From: Spirochaetia bacterium
GTDB lineage: Bacteria > Spirochaetota > Spirochaetia > DSM-2461
NCBI GenBank assembly: GCA_963668315.1
Contig: OY764216.1
Location: 3,456,001-3,520,000 of the forward strand
Reading direction: 5' to 3'
Length of the DNA stretch: 64,000 nt
Under the pieces are notes generated by a model. The model was not told the DNA's origin, did no database searches, and saw nothing but the letters and a program-made list of their open reading frames with translations. This document shows positions 60,368-64,000 of this stretch, piece by piece. Made by a program: the position numbers and the translations under genes. The first letter of the stretch is position 1; every line of letters begins with the position of its first letter.

Positions 60368-62107
60368 CTATTCTCCTTTCCTCTGGGACTCGTATACTTC
60401 ACGGTAGATGGGCGAGTTCTCCATCAATTCCTCATGGGTTCCCGAGGCGGTGATCATCCCGTCATTCAGGACGATGATGAGATCGGAATCCCTGACCGAA
60501 TCGATCCGCTGGGCGATGATGATCTTTGTCGTATCCGGAAGATCCTGCCTGAAGGAATCTCTTATCCTCCGGTCCGTTTTCGTATCCACGGCGCTGGTGG
60601 AATCGTCAAGGATCAGGACTTTCGGTTTCTTCAGCAGAGCCCTGGCGATGGTGATGCGCTGCTTCTGGCCGCCGGAAACATTGGTGCCGCCCCGTTCAAT
60701 CGGGGTGTCGTATCCTTCGGGATATTCGGAAATGAACCCGTGGGCCTGGGCCTGTCTGCTGTGTTTTTCGATCTCCCCGTCGCTGGCGTTTTCATCGCCC
60801 CAGAGAAGATTGCTTTTTATCGTGCCCGAGAAGAGATCGTTTTTCTGGAGCACCACGGACACGGCGTCGCGGAGTGTCTTCAGGTCGTAATTCCGGACAT
60901 CTATTCCGCCGATTTCCACTCTTCCCCCGGTCACATCGTAGAGGCGGGGGATCAGCTGGACCAGACTGCTTTTGGAGGAACCGGTTCCCCCCAGGATTCC
61001 GACGGTCTGGCCCGATTCGATCTTCAGATTGATATGGGACAGGACGGGCTTTTCCGCATCCTTATAATAGGAAAAGGATACATCTTTGAATTCCACCGTA
61101 CCGGACGGAACGGAAAGAACGGGATTCTCTCCATTCTGAAGATCACTCTCTTCGTCGAGGACTTCGACGATCCTCTCCGCCGAGGCGCGGGAAATCGTGA
61201 TCATCACGATAACCATGGATACCATCATCAGGCTCATGAGAATCTGCATGGAGTAGGTTATCAGGCTCATGAGCTGCCCCGTGCTCAACCCCAGGGCGGG
61301 ATTGTTGCCGCTGGCGATTATCCGGTGGGAGCCGAACCAGGACAGGAGTATCATGGTCGTATAGACCAGGAACTGCACCAAAGGCATATTCAAGGCCAGC
61401 CTTTTTTCGGCTTTGGAGAAGTCCTCGTAGATTTCCCGGGAACGGACGCGGAATTTTTCCGTTTCGTGATCTTCCCTCAGGAACGATTTGACGACCCGCA
61501 CGCCCGCCAGATTCTCCTGTACGATGCTGTTCAATTTGTCATAGGTTCGGAAGACCCGGACAAAAATGGGATGCACCGTGGTCATGATGAAATAGAGGGC
61601 GATCCCCAGGACAGGGATGGCGGCCAGGTAGATAAGGGAGAGCTGACTGTCTATGGACATGGCGGCCGCCAGGGCGAAAATCAGCATGATGGGGCTTCTT
61701 ATGGCCATCCGGATAATCATCTGAAAGGCGTTCTGCAGGTTGGTGACATCCGTTGTGAGCCTTGTTATCAGGCTTGATGATGAAAACTTGTCTATGTTGG
61801 AAAAGGAGAAACGCTGCACGTTCTGAAACATATCCTTCCTCAGGTTCTTGGCGAAACCGGCCGAGGCATTGGCCGCTTTATAACCGGCCATCACGCCGCC
61901 CCAGAGGGAGACCGAAGCCGCCGCCACAAGGATAAGCCCCGTAATGAGAACAATCCTCATATTGCCCTGTTCAATGCCGTAATCCAGCAGAAAAGCCATG
62001 ACGAAGGGGATGGAAACCTCCATGATTACCTCCACGACGACATAGACCGGCGTAAGTATGGTGTCCCTTTTGTATTCCCTCAGACTGGAAAATAATCTCT
62101 TAAGCAT
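60368..62107 (-). CDS. ABC exporter ATP-binding/permease subunit with degenerate catalytic residues
   Basis: GGTGSSKS, SGGQKQ, LDDSTS (E to D) and AQR (H to Q); typical of heterodimeric exporters. Confidence 0.93.
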   Translation of the reverse strand: MLKRLFSSLREYKRDTILTPVYVVVEVIMEVSIPFVMAFLLDYGIEQGNMRIVLITGLILVAAASVSLWGGVMAGYKAANASAGFAKNLRKDMFQNVQRFSFSNIDKFSSSSLITRLTTDVTNLQNAFQMIIRMAIRSPIMLIFALAAAMSIDSQLSLIYLAAIPVLGIALYFIMTTVHPIFVRVFRTYDKLNSIVQENLAGVRVVKSFLREDHETEKFRVRSREIYEDFSKAEKRLALNMPLVQFLVYTTMILLSWFGSHRIIASGNNPALGLSTGQLMSLITYSMQILMSLMMVSMVIVMITISRASAERIVEVLDEESDLQNGENPVLSVPSGTVEFKDVSFSYYKDAEKPVLSHINLKIESGQTVGILGGTGSSKSSLVQLIPRLYDVTGGRVEIGGIDVRNYDLKTLRDAVSVVLQKNDLFSGTIKSNLLWGDENASDGEIEKHSRQAQAHGFISEYPEGYDTPIERGGTNVSGGQKQRITIARALLKKPKVLILDDSTSAVDTKTDRRIRDSFRQDLPDTTKIIIAQRIDSVRDSDLIIVLNDGMITASGTHEELMENSPIYREVYESQRKGE

Positions 62108-62115
62108 ATTCCCTC

Positions 62116-62553
62116 CTAATTCTCTTCCAGATTTTTTCTGACCCGGTCCAGATAGTTCAGAAATATTCCTATTTCCTCCTCGCTGAAACCCTTCATAATC
62201 GTCGATTCCACCCTGTTTATGTCCTTGTGGACCTCCTCATGGATCAGCAGGGCCTCTTCCGTCAGCTGAAGACGTTTCAGCCGGGCGTCATGCTCCACGG
62301 GTAGTCTGACAAGAAGACCTTTCTCCTCCATAAGGGAAAGGATACGCGAAGCGGTGGAACGGGTTATGGAAAGTTCCCTTTCCACGTCTTTCTGGAAGAT
62401 TTCCTTTGCTGAATTTCTCGCGAGAAATCCGATGATCCATCCGTTGGTTCCTGTAATCCGCTGTGCTTTCTGGGGCCCTTCCGACTCATCAATTCTTCTT
62501 TTAATCAGATGGGACAGGGAGATAATCATCCGTCCCAGGCGTATTTTTTCCAT
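62116..62553 (-). CDS. MarR family transcriptional regulator
   Basis: QKDVERELSITRSTASRIL..MEEKG...DARLK. Confidence 0.88.
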   Translation of the reverse strand: MEKIRLGRMIISLSHLIKRRIDESEGPQKAQRITGTNGWIIGFLARNSAKEIFQKDVERELSITRSTASRILSLMEEKGLLVRLPVEHDARLKRLQLTEEALLIHEEVHKDINRVESTIMKGFSEEEIGIFLNYLDRVRKNLEEN

Positions 62554-62563
62554 GGCGGCCTCG

Positions 62564-62598
62564 ATTGTTGCAAATACAACTGTTTTATATACAACAAT
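62564..62598. promoter_or_regulatory. MarR operator candidate (tandem GTT-N8-AAC palindromes)
   Basis: ATTGTTGCAAATACAACTGTTTTATATACAACAAT immediately upstream of the marR-type gene. Confidence 0.5.
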
Positions 62599-62825
62599 AA
62601 TTATTTTTTCCGGGAAGGTCAATCATTTTCGGGAAATACATTCTTTAGCCCTTGCGGCAAAGGGGCATCCCTGCGAAAATAAAAGGCAGGGGTAATAAAT
62701 GCAAAATCTTTTAAACCAGATCTTGACTTCTCCCCTATAATTGTTGATAACTGATGCGGAATGTTAAATAGCAGGATTTTCCGCTAAACGCATCTTTTTA
62801 ATAATACAGAAGGTGGTTTTATCCT

Positions 62826-64000
62826 ATGAGCAGTGATAAAGTCTGGAACAGCTGGAGCAGCAGGAAATCATCCGATTTGTACGGAGTCAATGAGTGGGGA
62901 GCCGGTTATTTCGGTGTTAACGAAGGGGGAGATCTCTGTATCGAAACGGAGATGGGCAAGGATCGCATTTCCATTCCCTTCAGGGAGATTATATCCGGCA
63001 TAACAGAAAGAGGCATGGAGCTTCCCGTTCTTCTTCGGATAGAAAATTTTCTCGATTCCCGCATATCCCTATTGAATGAAGCTTTTCGCAAGGCGATAAG
63101 GGAACAGAATTACCGCAGCGTATACCGGGGTATCTTTCCCATAAAAGTAAATCAGCAGGAGCAGGTACTCCACGAAATAGTCCGGGCCGGAGCCCAGTAT
63201 CATCACGGCCTGGAAGCGGGCAGCAAGGCCGAACTGATTGCCGCCCTTTCGGTCATGGAGGACAGGGAATCCTGTCTGATCTGCAACGGTTATAAGGATG
63301 AGGAATTCATCGATCTTGCCCTGCAGGCGACCCGGATGGGCTACAAGGTTTTTCTTGTGCTGGAGATGCCCGGAGAACTCGATCTGATTCTCGAGAGGAG
63401 CCGCGCCCTGGGCATCGAACCCAACCTGGGCGTCCGTTTCAAGGTTTCCGCCCAGGCGGGGGGACACTGGAGCGAATCGGGCGGGGACAGAAGTCTCTTT
63501 GGCCTGACCAGCACCCAGATCATCGATGCCGTGGACAGCCTCAAGCAGAGCGACTGCCTTTCCTGTCTCAAGCTCCTCCATTTCCACCTGGGCTCCCAGA
63601 TCCCCAATATCCGGGATATCCGTCAATCCGTCCTGGAAGCGGCCCGCCTATACGGAGGACTGGTGGGAGAGGGCGCCCCCATGGGGTATTTCGATATGGG
63701 CGGCGGTCTGGCCGTTGATTACGACGGATCCCTGACCAACTACACCCACAGCCGCAACTATACCCTCGACGAGTACGCCAGCGATATCATCGACGTTCTC
63801 ATGGGGGTCTTCGAAGAGGAGAAGATAGAACATCCGGTGCTGCTGACCGAATCGGGAAGGGCGACCGTCGCCTACTATTCCGTTCTCCTTGTCAATGTTC
63901 TGGACGTGACCAAATTCGAACCGGCCGTTCTGCCGGAAAGCTATCCCGAGGACACCCCCGAACTGATTCTCAATATGGTGGAAATGCTCGAAAACATGAC
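62826..64000 (+). CDS. speA: Biosynthetic arginine decarboxylase, partial (runs off the window)
   Basis: Manual translation: WGAGYF, FPIKVNQQ (PLP Lys), GLEAGSKAEL, CNGYKD, HFHLGSQI, DMGGGLAVDYDGS and ESGRA. Confidence 0.93.
   Translation, partial: MSSDKVWNSWSSRKSSDLYGVNEWGAGYFGVNEGGDLCIETEMGKDRISIPFREIISGITERGMELPVLLRIENFLDSRISLLNEAFRKAIREQNYRSVYRGIFPIKVNQQEQVLHEIVRAGAQYHHGLEAGSKAELIAALSVMEDRESCLICNGYKDEEFIDLALQATRMGYKVFLVLEMPGELDLILERSRALGIEPNLGVRFKVSAQAGGHWSESGGDRSLFGLTSTQIIDAVDSLKQSDCLSCLKLLHFHLGSQIPNIRDIRQSVLEAARLYGGLVGEGAPMGYFDMGGGLAVDYDGSLTNYTHSRNYTLDEYASDIIDVLMGVFEEEKIEHPVLLTESGRATVAYYSVLLVNVLDVTKFEPAVLPESYPEDTPELILNMVEMLENM

Noticed and set aside
59204..61777. 857-aa plus-strand ORF
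   Set aside because: Antisense shadow of two clear ABC exporter genes, with no recognisable motifs.
1..64000. CRISPR arrays, tRNA/rRNA genes and IS elements
   Set aside because: No repeat-spacer periodicity, cloverleaf, rRNA-like block or transposase was seen; coding density leaves little room.

Overview
A 64-kb bacterial chromosomal window of moderately high GC. It probably comes from a free-living anaerobic spirochaete; this is inferred from the 'ANG..E' N-termini of the ABC binding proteins, a long type-2 IleRS and the gene content, not from a database search. From left to right it holds: an XDH-like/DegT/CapD operon, pgi, a glycyl-radical hydroxyproline dehydratase (HypD) with its activase, umuDC, ileS, a pectin-oligomer cluster (AraC, ABC transporter, oligogalacturonate lyase, six-hairpin glycosidase, Gfo/Idh/MocA, LacI), an MCP, a Na/Pi transporter, a second sugar cluster (O-acetylesterase, sugar-sensor kinase and response regulator, PfkB, ABC, GH3, GntR, GH127), a queuosine-precursor transporter with a preQ1-I-like leader, GH31, an Amt-GGDEF fusion, a MarR-ABC exporter and a partial speA. 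The most striking locus is 26266-28907. It encodes a lipoprotein papain-family (C1A) protease whose catalytic motifs are circularly permuted (Asn segment first, then Gln/Cys, then His at the C-terminus), and its 3' end overlaps a secreted cystatin-like (QVVAG) gene. This looks like a protease/inhibitor pair, and the protease gene has an internal GC step. Other oddities are an XDH-like subunit lacking its Moco and catalytic motifs, an activase apparently starting at ACG, a sigma54-type promoter before Amt-GGDEF, and several candidate cis-elements. No rRNA, tRNA, CRISPR array or transposase was recognised. All calls rest on motif recognition by eye.
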